64,000 nt of DNA, taken from assembly GCA_046329535.1 (NCBI GenBank), contig JAXLUN010000001.1, forward strand, positions 514,856 to 578,855, in the 5' to 3' direction. Position 1 is the stretch's first letter; every line of letters starts with the position of its first letter. The stretch comes from Chitinophagales bacterium (GTDB lineage Bacteria > Bacteroidota > Bacteroidia > Chitinophagales > LD1). This document shows, one piece after another, positions 48,300 to 57,701 of this stretch. The notes below the pieces were generated by a model. The model was not told where the DNA came from. It worked only from the letters and a program-made list of their open reading frames with translations, and did not search any database. Position numbers and translations under genes: made by a program.

Positions 48300-48668
48300 A
48301 TGATTCAACGATTGAGCAGCATTTTTCTTTTACTGGTTTTGTTTTTTAATACTAGTTGTGAAACTCAACCAGCCTTTGAAGCTAATGCTATGCCAGCTTC
48401 TATTCCTGAGCTGATTTATACCAAACATGCCCGCTGCCGAATGGACTGTCGGCAAATAGACGAAAGCGAAGTGAGGGAAATTGTGTCCCAAAATCATATC
48501 AATCGGGCTAAGAGTAATCCGAATGATTCACGTTGCCCAACCTATGCTTATGAAGGCTACTCGTATGACCGTCAGCATCTGCGTATTGTTATTGCTCGGT
48601 GTAAAACTGTATGGAAGGTAGTTACCTGTATAGATTTAGAAAATGAATTTATCTGTAGCTGTCGCTAA
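48300..48668 (+). CDS. Exported Cys-rich DUF4258-like protein
   Basis: Signal/lipobox LFFNTSC, then YTKHARCRMDCRQIDESEVREIV, which resembles the DUF4258 N-terminal motif. It has 9 cysteines in the mature part. Confidence 0.5.
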   Translation: MIQRLSSIFLLLVLFFNTSCETQPAFEANAMPASIPELIYTKHARCRMDCRQIDESEVREIVSQNHINRAKSNPNDSRCPTYAYEGYSYDRQHLRIVIARCKTVWKVVTCIDLENEFICSCR

Positions 48669-48731
48669 GGCATAACACAAACAAGTCTTTATCCAGATAT
48701 CACATAACGCAAAACCTGTTATTTTTAAAAC

Positions 48732-49505
48732 ATGAATCCGTTTTTGCTTTCGGCTTTTACTATTTTTTGTTTTATGTGCGTCATGTTTATTGTGGCGCAG
48801 TTAATGAAAAATAATGGAGTGGCCGATATTGGCTGGGGGCTGGGGTTCATTGCCGTAACGGTGGTTACGTATTTTATGTTTGGTACCGAGCGACTGCATC
48901 AAAAACTGGTGAGTTATCTGGTAATCATGTGGGGATTGCGACTCAGTATTTATCTAGGAATACGAAACCTGGGTATGCCCGAAGATTTTCGATATGCCAA
49001 TTGGCGTAAGGAGTGGGGGAAAAGTTTTTTATGGCGTTCTTTTTTACAGGTGTTTATGTTGCAGGGCGCCATCATGTTCATCAACGTATTTCCTATTATC
49101 ATAGTTAATGCCGACTCGGGTATACACCGACATTACAAAACTTGGTATGCGCTGGGCGGTATTTTGTGGGCCATTGGTTTCCTTTTTGAAGCTCTGGGCG
49201 ACTACCAGAAATATATGTTTAAAACCAGTCATAACAATCAGCACCGGGTAATGAAAAAGGGTTTGTGGAAATACACCCGCCATCCCAATTATTTTGGCGA
49301 AGCTGTTATCTGGTGGGGTATTTTTCTGCTATCGGTACCATCGGGTATGTGGTATATTTCCATATTAGCACCGGTTACCATTACGTTTTTTCTGCTGAGG
49401 GTTTCGGGCGTAACCATGCTCGAAAAAAAATACGAGGGCAATACCGATTACGATTTATATAAGCAAAAAACCAGCACATTTTTTCCGTGGTTTCCTAAAA
49501 AATAA
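48732..49505 (+). CDS. DUF1295 / steroid-5-alpha-reductase-like membrane protein
   Basis: Polytopic, with the conserved stretch [20 protein letters not shown]. Confidence 0.75.
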   Translation: MNPFLLSAFTIFCFMCVMFIVAQLMKNNGVADIGWGLGFIAVTVVTYFMFGTERLHQKLVSYLVIMWGLRLSIYLGIRNLGMPEDFRYANWRKEWGKSFLWRSFLQVFMLQGAIMFINVFPIIIVNADSGIHRHYKTWYALGGILWAIGFLFEALGDYQKYMFKTSHNNQHRVMKKGLWKYTRHPNYFGEAVIWWGIFLLSVPSGMWYISILAPVTITFFLLRVSGVTMLEKKYEGNTDYDLYKQKTSTFFPWFPKK

Positions 49506-49522
49506 AACACCCTCTTCTGTTC

Positions 49523-51385
49523 ATGAAACACAATTTACTTATACTGCTTACGGTCCTTTCACAAGTCTTGTTAGCAAACAATTTTGAAGCCTATCCGCAA
49601 CATACAGCTACCGATAGACTGCTGATTATGTTTAACTCCGGTGTTACCGCGCAGCAACAGGCTGAAGTAATAGCTGCATCACAACTGGTTACTTCATTTT
49701 ATCCCGTGCCTTCACCTTCGCTTACCGTTTGTTTTAGCAATCATACTGCACAGGCTATGAAGTATTTTGCGAAGCACCCGCAAGTCAGTTTTGTATCGTT
49801 TTTTTTAACTGATGGCAAACACTATGCGGGTGTGCTCAACCGTTTTTTTGTGAAGTTGAAAGACAAAGATTTTGAACCCTTATTAAAAGAAAAACTTCAA
49901 CAGTATAATCTGGGGGAAGCCAAAGCCAATAAGTATATACCCAATTTGTATCAAGTTCAAAATACAAATTACGAAACGCGAAATACAGTTGACTGGTGTG
50001 CCGAATTGTTAAAGGAGGGTTGGTGCCAATATGCTTCACCCGATTATTTGGTAAATCCGGAAGTATGTGCGGCTGACCCGCTGTTTACCCGTCAATGGTC
50101 TATTAAAAACGAGGGCACTTTTTTGCAAGGCAGCGGCACAGCCGATGCCGATATGGATGTAGATACTGCATGGAGTATAACCAGCGGTGACCCGAATATT
50201 AAAGTAGGAATTATTGATTCGGGGGTAGATACTTTGCATGAAGATTTAGTAGCGAATATCCTGCCCGGCCACGATGCTGTAAGCGACTCTACCGATGGTT
50301 ATCCCACACCAGCATTTCCGGAAGATGGTCATGGCACCTGTTGTGCCGGTATTGTAGCGGCTTTAAAAGATAATGGTAAAGGCGGAACAGGTGTGGCGCC
50401 TTCGTGCAAAATTATTCCGGTTCGTTCTTTCTACTATATATCTCCGGGTGGTGGAAGTCCGCTCCCTATCTCTACCGCAGCAGCGTTTGCCGATGCTATA
50501 GGATGGGCCTGCAACAGCGGGGCTGATATTTTGAGCAACTCTTGGGGACTTCCCGATGGACTGATTGGTCTATTGCCAGGAGGTATGCAGCCGGTAGATG
50601 ATGCAATCCAAACAGCCTATACCACAGCCCGTGGCGGAAAAGGAATTGCCATGTTTTTCAGCAGCGGAAATGATAACGATAGTGTAGCAGGTCCCATCTG
50701 GCCTTCGAAGTTATCACAAACTATAGCTGTCAATGCAACCAGCATGTGTGATGAACGAAAAAGTCCGGATGATTGCAGTGGAGAAGACTGGGGCGGTAAC
50801 TTTGCCGGTAGTTTAGATTTCAGTGCACCTGGTGTGCGGGTAGCTACTACCGACATGATTGGCACCAAAGGATTTGTTTCAACAGGATATTACTATTTGT
50901 TTAACGGAACTTCAGCAGCTTGTCCCAATGCGGCTGCTGTGGGTGCATTATTGCTTTCTATTCGTCCTGATTTGTATGCAGAAGATGTTAGAAAAATTAT
51001 AGCACGCACCTGCGATAAAGTTGGCGGTTACAATTATAGTACCGGATACGCCAATGGAACCTGGAGTCGCGAGTTAGGATATGGCCGGGTAAATGCGCTG
51101 GCCGCTTTGCAGTATGCAGAAACTTACTCTTCTGTAAATAATATGGATGACGTTGTGAATATTAATGTGTTTCCAAATCCATCCACCGGACTGTTGAATA
51201 TAGATATGGAAAATGAAAGAGGCACGTTGCGCCTATATAATATGGCCGGTGCAGAAATTATCCGCGAAACGGTGGAGAAAGGAATGAACGTGAAGAATAT
51301 AGAAACTCTTATTCAGGGGATGTATCTGGTTCAGGTACTAACCCCTAAAGGAATAGCTACCCGAAAAATTACTTTGCTCAAGTAG
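49523..51385 (+). CDS. S8 (subtilisin-family) serine peptidase with T9SS C-terminal domain
   Basis: Asp-His-Ser triad motifs GIIDSGVD, HGTCCAGIVAA and NGTSAACP. CTD is INVFPNPSTGLLNI...GMYLVQV. Confidence 0.85.
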   Translation: MKHNLLILLTVLSQVLLANNFEAYPQHTATDRLLIMFNSGVTAQQQAEVIAASQLVTSFYPVPSPSLTVCFSNHTAQAMKYFAKHPQVSFVSFFLTDGKHYAGVLNRFFVKLKDKDFEPLLKEKLQQYNLGEAKANKYIPNLYQVQNTNYETRNTVDWCAELLKEGWCQYASPDYLVNPEVCAADPLFTRQWSIKNEGTFLQGSGTADADMDVDTAWSITSGDPNIKVGIIDSGVDTLHEDLVANILPGHDAVSDSTDGYPTPAFPEDGHGTCCAGIVAALKDNGKGGTGVAPSCKIIPVRSFYYISPGGGSPLPISTAAAFADAIGWACNSGADILSNSWGLPDGLIGLLPGGMQPVDDAIQTAYTTARGGKGIAMFFSSGNDNDSVAGPIWPSKLSQTIAVNATSMCDERKSPDDCSGEDWGGNFAGSLDFSAPGVRVATTDMIGTKGFVSTGYYYLFNGTSAACPNAAAVGALLLSIRPDLYAEDVRKIIARTCDKVGGYNYSTGYANGTWSRELGYGRVNALAALQYAETYSSVNNMDDVVNINVFPNPSTGLLNIDMENERGTLRLYNMAGAEIIRETVEKGMNVKNIETLIQGMYLVQVLTPKGIATRKITLLK

Positions 51386-51390
51386 TTTTC

Positions 51391-51531
51391 TTAATGATTT
51401 TGGCTACGCTTTTCATAGGTGGCCTGTTTCTTCTGCATAGCATCGCTCATTCGTGTGTTTAGCAGCACAAAGCCTACCAGAACAATACAGAAAACTACAA
51501 GCATTACGTTCATGGAGGTGTCGGTTTTCAT
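51391..51531 (-). CDS. Possible 46-aa single-pass membrane peptide
   Basis: ATG...TAA encodes MKTDTSMNVMLVVFCIVLVGFVLLNTRMSDAMQKKQATYEKRSQNH. It was found only by reading the minus strand and has no homology support. Confidence 0.3.
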   Translation of the reverse strand: MKTDTSMNVMLVVFCIVLVGFVLLNTRMSDAMQKKQATYEKRSQNH

Positions 51532-51827
51532 GGCTTTTAATTTTAGTATGATTAACAATGACTACAATTCTAAAAACGATAACTCACTGGTAATGTTGTT
51601 TAAATATGGTCACAGAAGTGTCATGTTTTAAACTTTTTAGTAAAGTCACTAGAATGGTGCCATCAATGGCTTGTAATAGCCTTCTAATTGTTTTCCATGA
51701 TATAATAAACTGCCAATTAGCAACTTATGTATTTCCGAATAAGTAAATAACAAGGCCAATCCTTATTTTAAGGCAACAATCCTTTGCTTATGTTGTAGGA
51801 AATAATTGACAAAAAGGTGTGTTGTAT

Positions 51828-53093
51828 TTAGACAATTTTATTGAAGCCCGTGTATCGCTGTAAAGCAGCGGGAATGTATATACCGTCTTTTGTTTGATGA
51901 TTCTCGAGTAATGATGCTACAATACGTGGTAAAGCAAGTGCGCTGCCGTTCAGCGTATGTACCAACCGGTTTTTTTTGTTTTCGTCACGAAAACGAACTT
52001 TCATCCGGTTGCTTTGGAACGTTTCGAAGTTAGAAACGGAACTAACCTCCAGCCAGCGTTTTTGAGCAGCGCTGTATACTTCAAAGTCATAAGTCAGAGC
52101 AGATGCAAAACTCATATCACCTCCACACAGGCGCAAAATACGATAAGGCAATTCGAGTTGTTGCAAAATGGTTTCTACATGTTTAACCATTTCTTCTAGT
52201 ACTTCATAACTTTTATCGGGATGGACTATCTGCACAATCTCCACTTTATCAAACTGGTGAACACGATTCAGTCCGCGGACATCTTTTCCATAGCTACCTG
52301 CCTCACGTCTGAAGCAAGGTGAGTAAGCAGTATATTTTACCGGCAGCGTCTCTAAAATTTCATCGCGAACAATATTGGTAACCGGCACTTCGGCTGTAGG
52401 TATTAGATAAAAACCTTCTTCTTTGGTTACATACATTTGACCTTCTTTATCTGGTAGCTGACCCGTAGCAAAGGCACTGGCCTCATTGACCATGTGTGGA
52501 GGTATTACTTCGGTATAGCCTGCATCTATGGCATGGTCAAGAAAAAAGCTGATGAGTGCTCTTTGTAATTTAGCACCTTGTTTTTTGTAAACCGGAAATC
52601 CGGCACCGGTAATTTTAACCCCTAACTCCAAATCGAACAGGTTATATTGTTTAGCTATATCCCAGTGAGGCAAAGCCCCTTCAAACAAAGTAGGAATTTC
52701 ACCTACCTGTTTAATTACTTCGTTCTCTTCGGGAGTTTTGCCCAAGGGTACTGATATGTGCGGGGTGTTAGGTATGCGAACTAAAATATCTCTCATTTGC
52801 TCTTCAGCAATTGTCAGTTGGGATTCAAATAGTTTAGAGTCTTCTTTAAGAGATGCAGTTTCAGCTTTCTTTTTATCAGCATCTTCTCTTTTACCTTGCT
52901 TAAACAAGTCACCTATTTCTTTAGCAATGGCATTTTGCTTCGCCAAGTTTTCATCCAGTTTAGTTTGAATACTTCTACGTTTTTCATCTACTGTCAGTAT
53001 TTCGTCAATCAGATTTACTTCTTTAAAATTCTTTACCGTCAGACGGTTTTTAATCTCTTGCGGAGCGTTTCGGAGGGCAGTAATTTCTAACAT
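51828..53093 (-). CDS. serS: Seryl-tRNA synthetase
   Basis: N-terminal coiled-coil arm and class II motif 2 (CFRREAGSYGKDVRGLNRVHQFDKVE). Confidence 0.95.
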   Translation of the reverse strand: MLEITALRNAPQEIKNRLTVKNFKEVNLIDEILTVDEKRRSIQTKLDENLAKQNAIAKEIGDLFKQGKREDADKKKAETASLKEDSKLFESQLTIAEEQMRDILVRIPNTPHISVPLGKTPEENEVIKQVGEIPTLFEGALPHWDIAKQYNLFDLELGVKITGAGFPVYKKQGAKLQRALISFFLDHAIDAGYTEVIPPHMVNEASAFATGQLPDKEGQMYVTKEEGFYLIPTAEVPVTNIVRDEILETLPVKYTAYSPCFRREAGSYGKDVRGLNRVHQFDKVEIVQIVHPDKSYEVLEEMVKHVETILQQLELPYRILRLCGGDMSFASALTYDFEVYSAAQKRWLEVSSVSNFETFQSNRMKVRFRDENKKNRLVHTLNGSALALPRIVASLLENHQTKDGIYIPAALQRYTGFNKIV

Positions 53094-53361
53094 AACACGA
53101 ATTTTGAAGTGCGAATATATCGGTTTAAAATGTTTCTATCTTCTGATCAAATAAAATTTGGTGAGTTCGAAACTTTGCCTAACATTGCACTGTTATCCCA
53201 AGTTATTCTCACAGAGTTTAGTTCAATCTAACTAAAGTTTACTGTTCAAAGAAATCCCGAAGGGCAAATGGTTTTTTGATATACACTATAAAAGTGTTTC
53301 TGTTTACACGCATGAATTTCTTTTTAAATAAATATTTCACTTCTACTACAAAACAAATCGC

Positions 53362-54906
53362 ATGTACGACATTCTTCAGTTGAACGACATGATTCTTCCC
53401 GAACTCCGGGAAATCGGAGAAAAATTAAAAATCAAAGGGTCAGACAAATTCGAAAAACAAGAGCTGATTCTTAAAATTCTGGATGCTCAGGCACTCAGCC
53501 CCGCGGCCCAGGAAGAGGCTGATAAACCCAAAGATAAAGCCAAGAAACCCCGCACCCGTAAGCCTATAGGGGCTGATTTAAAGACAAAGCCGGAAGTAGC
53601 AGACGGAGAGCTTTCATTTGAAGGAGCTACTGTTGAATCGGAAGTTTCCGGTAATGATGTAAATGCTCAAAACCCCGAGGTGAAGGAAATTTCTTTGGAA
53701 GAATCCGGCTCAACTTATGAAAACACACCCAGTTACGAGCGCACTAATGAGGAGCAGCAGAAGAAAGGGGTCAATATTTTTAGTGTAGAATCGGATGCTA
53801 TTATAGAAGGGGAGGGGGTTTTGGAAATGATGCCTGATGGCTACGGATTTCTTCGCTCTTCAGATTATAGCTACTTATCGTCACCCGATGATATTTACGT
53901 ATCGCCTTCTCAAATTAAATTGTTTGGGTTAAAAACAGGTGATACTGTTAGAGGATATATCCGCCCACCTAAAACTGGGGAAAAGTACTTTGCCCTGCTG
54001 AAGGTAGACTCCCTCAATGGTCGTTCTCCGGAAGAGGTGCGTGACCGTGTGGCTTTTGACTATCTGACTCCGCTTTTCCCTTTCGAAAAGTTGAATCTGT
54101 TTACTACCCCGAGCAATGTAACTACCCGCATTATAGACTTGTTTACCCCTATCGGAAAAGGACAGCGGGGAATGATTGTTTCTCAGCCTAAAACGGGTAA
54201 AACGACTATTCTCAAAGAAATAGCCAATGCTATTGCCGCCAATCACCCAGAAGTTTATCTGATAGTGTTACTGGTAGATGAAAGGCCGGAGGAGGTTACC
54301 GATGTGGAAAGAAGTGTTCGAGCCGAGGTAATCGCATCAACATTTGATGAACCTGCTGAGAAGCATGTAAAAGTATCTAACATTGCCCTGCAAAAAGCAA
54401 AACGTCTAGTAGAGTGTGGACATGATGTAGTTATTCTATTAGATTCAATTACCCGTTTAGCCCGAGCTCATAACACTGTAGCTCCTTCATCGGGTAAGGT
54501 TTTATCTGGGGGGGTGGAAGCGAATGCTTTGCACAAACCTAAACAGTTCTTTGGTGCTGCACGTAAAATTGAGAACGGAGGTTCGTTAACTATCCTGGCT
54601 ACAGCATTGATTGATACCGGATCAAAAATGGATGAGGTCATTTTTGAGGAGTTTAAAGGAACCGGTAACATGGAGTTACAGCTGGATCGGAAGCTTTCTA
54701 ACCGCAGAATATATCCGGCAATAGATATTGTTTCCTCTTCTACCCGAAGAGATGACCTACTATTGGATAAGGATGTGTTACAACGTATGTGGATTTTGAG
54801 AAACCATATTGCCGATATGACTTCGGAAGAAGCAATGAGCTTCCTGTTACAGCAAATGAAAGGTACCAAGAGCAATGAAGAGTTTCTGATTGCCATGAAT
54901 AGTTAA
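53362..54906 (+). CDS. rho: Transcription termination factor Rho with an N-terminal insertion
   Basis: Walker [19 protein letters not shown], and the Rho N-terminal motif [19 protein letters not shown]. There are about 100 extra charged low-complexity residues after residue 45. Confidence 0.93.
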   Translation: MYDILQLNDMILPELREIGEKLKIKGSDKFEKQELILKILDAQALSPAAQEEADKPKDKAKKPRTRKPIGADLKTKPEVADGELSFEGATVESEVSGNDVNAQNPEVKEISLEESGSTYENTPSYERTNEEQQKKGVNIFSVESDAIIEGEGVLEMMPDGYGFLRSSDYSYLSSPDDIYVSPSQIKLFGLKTGDTVRGYIRPPKTGEKYFALLKVDSLNGRSPEEVRDRVAFDYLTPLFPFEKLNLFTTPSNVTTRIIDLFTPIGKGQRGMIVSQPKTGKTTILKEIANAIAANHPEVYLIVLLVDERPEEVTDVERSVRAEVIASTFDEPAEKHVKVSNIALQKAKRLVECGHDVVILLDSITRLARAHNTVAPSSGKVLSGGVEANALHKPKQFFGAARKIENGGSLTILATALIDTGSKMDEVIFEEFKGTGNMELQLDRKLSNRRIYPAIDIVSSSTRRDDLLLDKDVLQRMWILRNHIADMTSEEAMSFLLQQMKGTKSNEEFLIAMNS

Positions 54907-54964
54907 TAGGTATTACTCAATTTTAGCTCAAAAATGGCTGAAATGAAGTATTGGTTGGTATTGT

Positions 54965-54994
54965 GGACGGAATAGTTATTTTTGCCGTCCTTTT
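54965..54994 (+). terminator. Weak hairpin terminator after rho
   Basis: ggacgg (54965-70) / ccgtcc (54985-90), followed by tttt. Confidence 0.4.
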
Positions 54995-55029
54995 GAAAAG
55001 AATTGAATAACTTTTAACCCGATATTAAG

Positions 55030-55185
55030 ATGAAACGGACATTCCAGCCAAGCCGCAAGAAGAGAACTAACAAGCACGGCTTTAGAGAAAGAATGAGTAC
55101 AAAAAATGGAAGAAAAGTACTTGCACGCAGAAGAGCCAGAGGCAGAAAGAAACTCACAGTTTCTGACGAGAAGAGACTTAAGTAG
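55030..55185 (+). CDS. rpmH: 50S ribosomal protein L34
   Basis: [51 protein letters not shown]. This 51-aa gene is below the ORF-track cutoff. Confidence 0.93.
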   Translation: MKRTFQPSRKKRTNKHGFRERMSTKNGRKVLARRRARGRKKLTVSDEKRLK

Positions 55186-55612
55186 TTCTACTTCAGCTAA
55201 GTCTTTTCCAGACTTCGATCTTTCTTTCATAAAGGGTCAGACTGGTTTAGGTAAACTTGAAAAGCTGAAGAGTCGTAAAACCATTGATCAACTTTTTAAA
55301 GAGGGTAAATCTGTTTCAGTCAATGGATTTACCCTTGTTTATTTGATAAAACCTCTCTCTCAATCATATTTCCCCGCTATGGCGGGATTTTCGGTTCCTA
55401 AAAAATTTTTTAAACACGCAGTTGACCGAAACAGAATCAAGCGGTTAATGCGTGAAGCCTACAGAAGAAATAAGTTCTCCCTTTATGAGCAGTTAGTATT
55501 GCGTAAGGAGCAAATGGCCATCATGTTTGTGTACAAAGGCAAAACGTTGCCTGATTATGGAGTTGCTTTAAAAGCTGTAATTGATTGTTTAGGTAAAATT
55601 ACTAAAACATGA
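55106..55612 (+). CDS. rnpA: Ribonuclease P protein component (start uncertain)
   Basis: The position after rpmH and the stretches [17 protein letters not shown] and [16 protein letters not shown] are RnpA-like. The only canonical start in frame is the ATG at 55106, inside rpmH. Confidence 0.7.
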   Translation: MEEKYLHAEEPEAERNSQFLTRRDLSSSTSAKSFPDFDLSFIKGQTGLGKLEKLKSRKTIDQLFKEGKSVSVNGFTLVYLIKPLSQSYFPAMAGFSVPKKFFKHAVDRNRIKRLMREAYRRNKFSLYEQLVLRKEQMAIMFVYKGKTLPDYGVALKAVIDCLGKITKT

Positions 55613-55833
55613 TTTCCAGAGTAATCTCCTTCATTCTTATATTGATCATTAACTTTTATCGGACAGTTATATCACCCATCTTGCCTCCCCGTTGTCGATA
55701 TAACCCTACCTGTTCGGAATACGCTGTTCAGGCTATAAAAAAGCACGGTTCTTTCAAAGGTAGTTGGCTAAGCTTAAAAAGAATTGCCCGTTGTCATCCT
55801 TGGGGGGGCCATGGTTATGACCCGGTTCCCTGA
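55609..55833 (+). CDS. yidD: Membrane protein insertion efficiency factor YidD
   Basis: [19 protein letters not shown]...[14 protein letters not shown]. The ATGA start overlaps the rnpA stop. Confidence 0.92.
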   Translation: MISRVISFILILIINFYRTVISPILPPRCRYNPTCSEYAVQAIKKHGSFKGSWLSLKRIARCHPWGGHGYDPVP

Positions 55834-56000
55834 TTTTTACGAGATTGATACTGTCTTAAAAGTAATTAAATCATCACCAGTATGTCGGCAACAATTTCGG
55901 TATGTGGCCGTTTAAAATTATGTTTACACTAATTGAAGTAGCGTTTTGGAACAAAGCTAGTGTTGAGCTTATATAAGCTACTTCTTTCAATTTACCGAGA

Positions 56001-57668
56001 ATGAACAGACTGAAAAAAATTACTGTTTTAGCAGCTATCGTTGGATTTGCCTTTATCCCTCTGGCATTTACTTATAGCACCTCTTATTTCGAGATAACCA
56101 AGAACCTCGACATATTCACTACTCTTTACAAAGAGTTGAATACCTATTATGTAGATACCCTTAACCCTGAAAAATTAATGCGTGCGGGAATTACCCAAAT
56201 GCTGGATGGCTTGGACCCCTACACAGATTTTATCCCAGAAGAAGATATGGATGATTATAGAATGCAGACAACGGGTAAGTACGGTGGTATTGGTGCTATT
56301 ATAGGAACCAGAAACGAATGGGTAATGGTTACAGAACCATATGAAGGTTTTCCTGCAGCCAAGGCTGGTCTGCGAGCTGGTGATAAGATTATTGAAGTAG
56401 ATGGTAAGAGTGCAAAAAATTATAAAACTGACCAGGTTAGTGCTATGTTGAAGGGTAAACCGGGAACGGAAGTCACCGTTAAACTCAAGCGTCCGCAGGC
56501 CGATGGATCAGAACTCGAGTTGACTGTGAAAATGACCAGAGAAGAAATTAAAGTGAAAAATGTGCCTTACTATGGTATGGTAGATGACAGAATAGGATAT
56601 ATCCGGCTTGGCGGATTTACGGACAGGGCAGGAGCGGAAGTAAAAAATGCACTTCAAGCCCTTGAGGCAAAAGGAAAACTCAAAGGATTGATTTTTGATT
56701 TGAGGGGTAACCCCGGGGGTCTGTTGAATGAAGCAATCAATGTGGCCAACGTATTTGTTGGAAAAAATTTGGAGATTGTATCTACCAAAGGTAAGATGGA
56801 TGAATGGAACAAATCATTTCCTACATTAAATGACCCGGTAGATTTAAAAATTCCTGTAGTGATATTAGCTGATGGTGGCTCTGCTTCTGCAGCTGAAATT
56901 GTTAGTGGTTCTTTACAGGATTTGGATAGAGCCGTTATTGTAGGTCAAAAAACTTTTGGTAAAGGTCTGGTACAATCAACGCGCTCACTTCCGTTTAGTG
57001 CCAAATTAAAGGTTACCACCGCTAAGTATTACATTCCTTCTGGCAGATGCATTCAGGCTATTAACTATGCCGAGAGAAATGAGGACGGCAGTGTGAAGCA
57101 TATACCTGATTCGCTAAAAGTGGCATTTAAAACCAAGTACAGTGGCCGAACCGTTTATGATGGTGGTGGTATAGACCCGGATGTGGCGGTAGAACCGGAA
57201 AAGTTTTCAAACATAGCATTTAGCTTACTTACCAAGAACCACATTTTTGATTATGCCACAGAATACCGGGCCAAGCATGAAAAAATTTCAGATGCCAAAT
57301 CATTTCAACTAACTGATTCAGATTATGCAGATTTTATTGCCTGGGTATCTAACAAAGAATATGACTATACTACCAAAAGCGAAAAAATAATTGAGCAACT
57401 ACAAACTTCAGCAGAAAAAGAAAAATACTACGATGCTATCAAGACTGATCTGGAAGCTATGAAAAGCACTATGAAACATGATAAAGAGCATGACTTAGAA
57501 AAAGAGAAAGAGCAGATTAAAAGTTTACTCGAAGAGGAAATTGTATCGCGCTATTATCTTAACTCAGGACGAGTTGAAGCATCATTTAAAAGTGATAATG
57601 AGCTGAAAAAAGCTGTAGAGATAGTTAGAGACGAAAAGAAGATGAAGGATATACTGGCCAAGAAGTAA
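56001..57668 (+). CDS. S41-family C-terminal processing peptidase (copy 1)
   Basis: PDZ segment, DLRGNPGGLL, catalytic serine region GGSASAAEIVSG, and FGKGLVQ. Confidence 0.85.
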   Translation: MNRLKKITVLAAIVGFAFIPLAFTYSTSYFEITKNLDIFTTLYKELNTYYVDTLNPEKLMRAGITQMLDGLDPYTDFIPEEDMDDYRMQTTGKYGGIGAIIGTRNEWVMVTEPYEGFPAAKAGLRAGDKIIEVDGKSAKNYKTDQVSAMLKGKPGTEVTVKLKRPQADGSELELTVKMTREEIKVKNVPYYGMVDDRIGYIRLGGFTDRAGAEVKNALQALEAKGKLKGLIFDLRGNPGGLLNEAINVANVFVGKNLEIVSTKGKMDEWNKSFPTLNDPVDLKIPVVILADGGSASAAEIVSGSLQDLDRAVIVGQKTFGKGLVQSTRSLPFSAKLKVTTAKYYIPSGRCIQAINYAERNEDGSVKHIPDSLKVAFKTKYSGRTVYDGGGIDPDVAVEPEKFSNIAFSLLTKNHIFDYATEYRAKHEKISDAKSFQLTDSDYADFIAWVSNKEYDYTTKSEKIIEQLQTSAEKEKYYDAIKTDLEAMKSTMKHDKEHDLEKEKEQIKSLLEEEIVSRYYLNSGRVEASFKSDNELKKAVEIVRDEKKMKDILAKK

Positions 57669-57701
57669 ATAGAATTGCTCAACAATTTATCTCAATAAAA
57701 A

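Noticed and set aside
51419-51631. A 70-aa plus-strand ORF-track frame downstream of the S8 protease gene.
   Set aside because: It starts at a non-ATG codon and has no recognisable features. It overlaps the more plausible minus-strand 46-aa transmembrane peptide frame, which is itself low confidence.
54976-55230. An 84-aa minus-strand ORF covering rpmH.
   Set aside because: It is antisense to an unmistakable L34 coding sequence.
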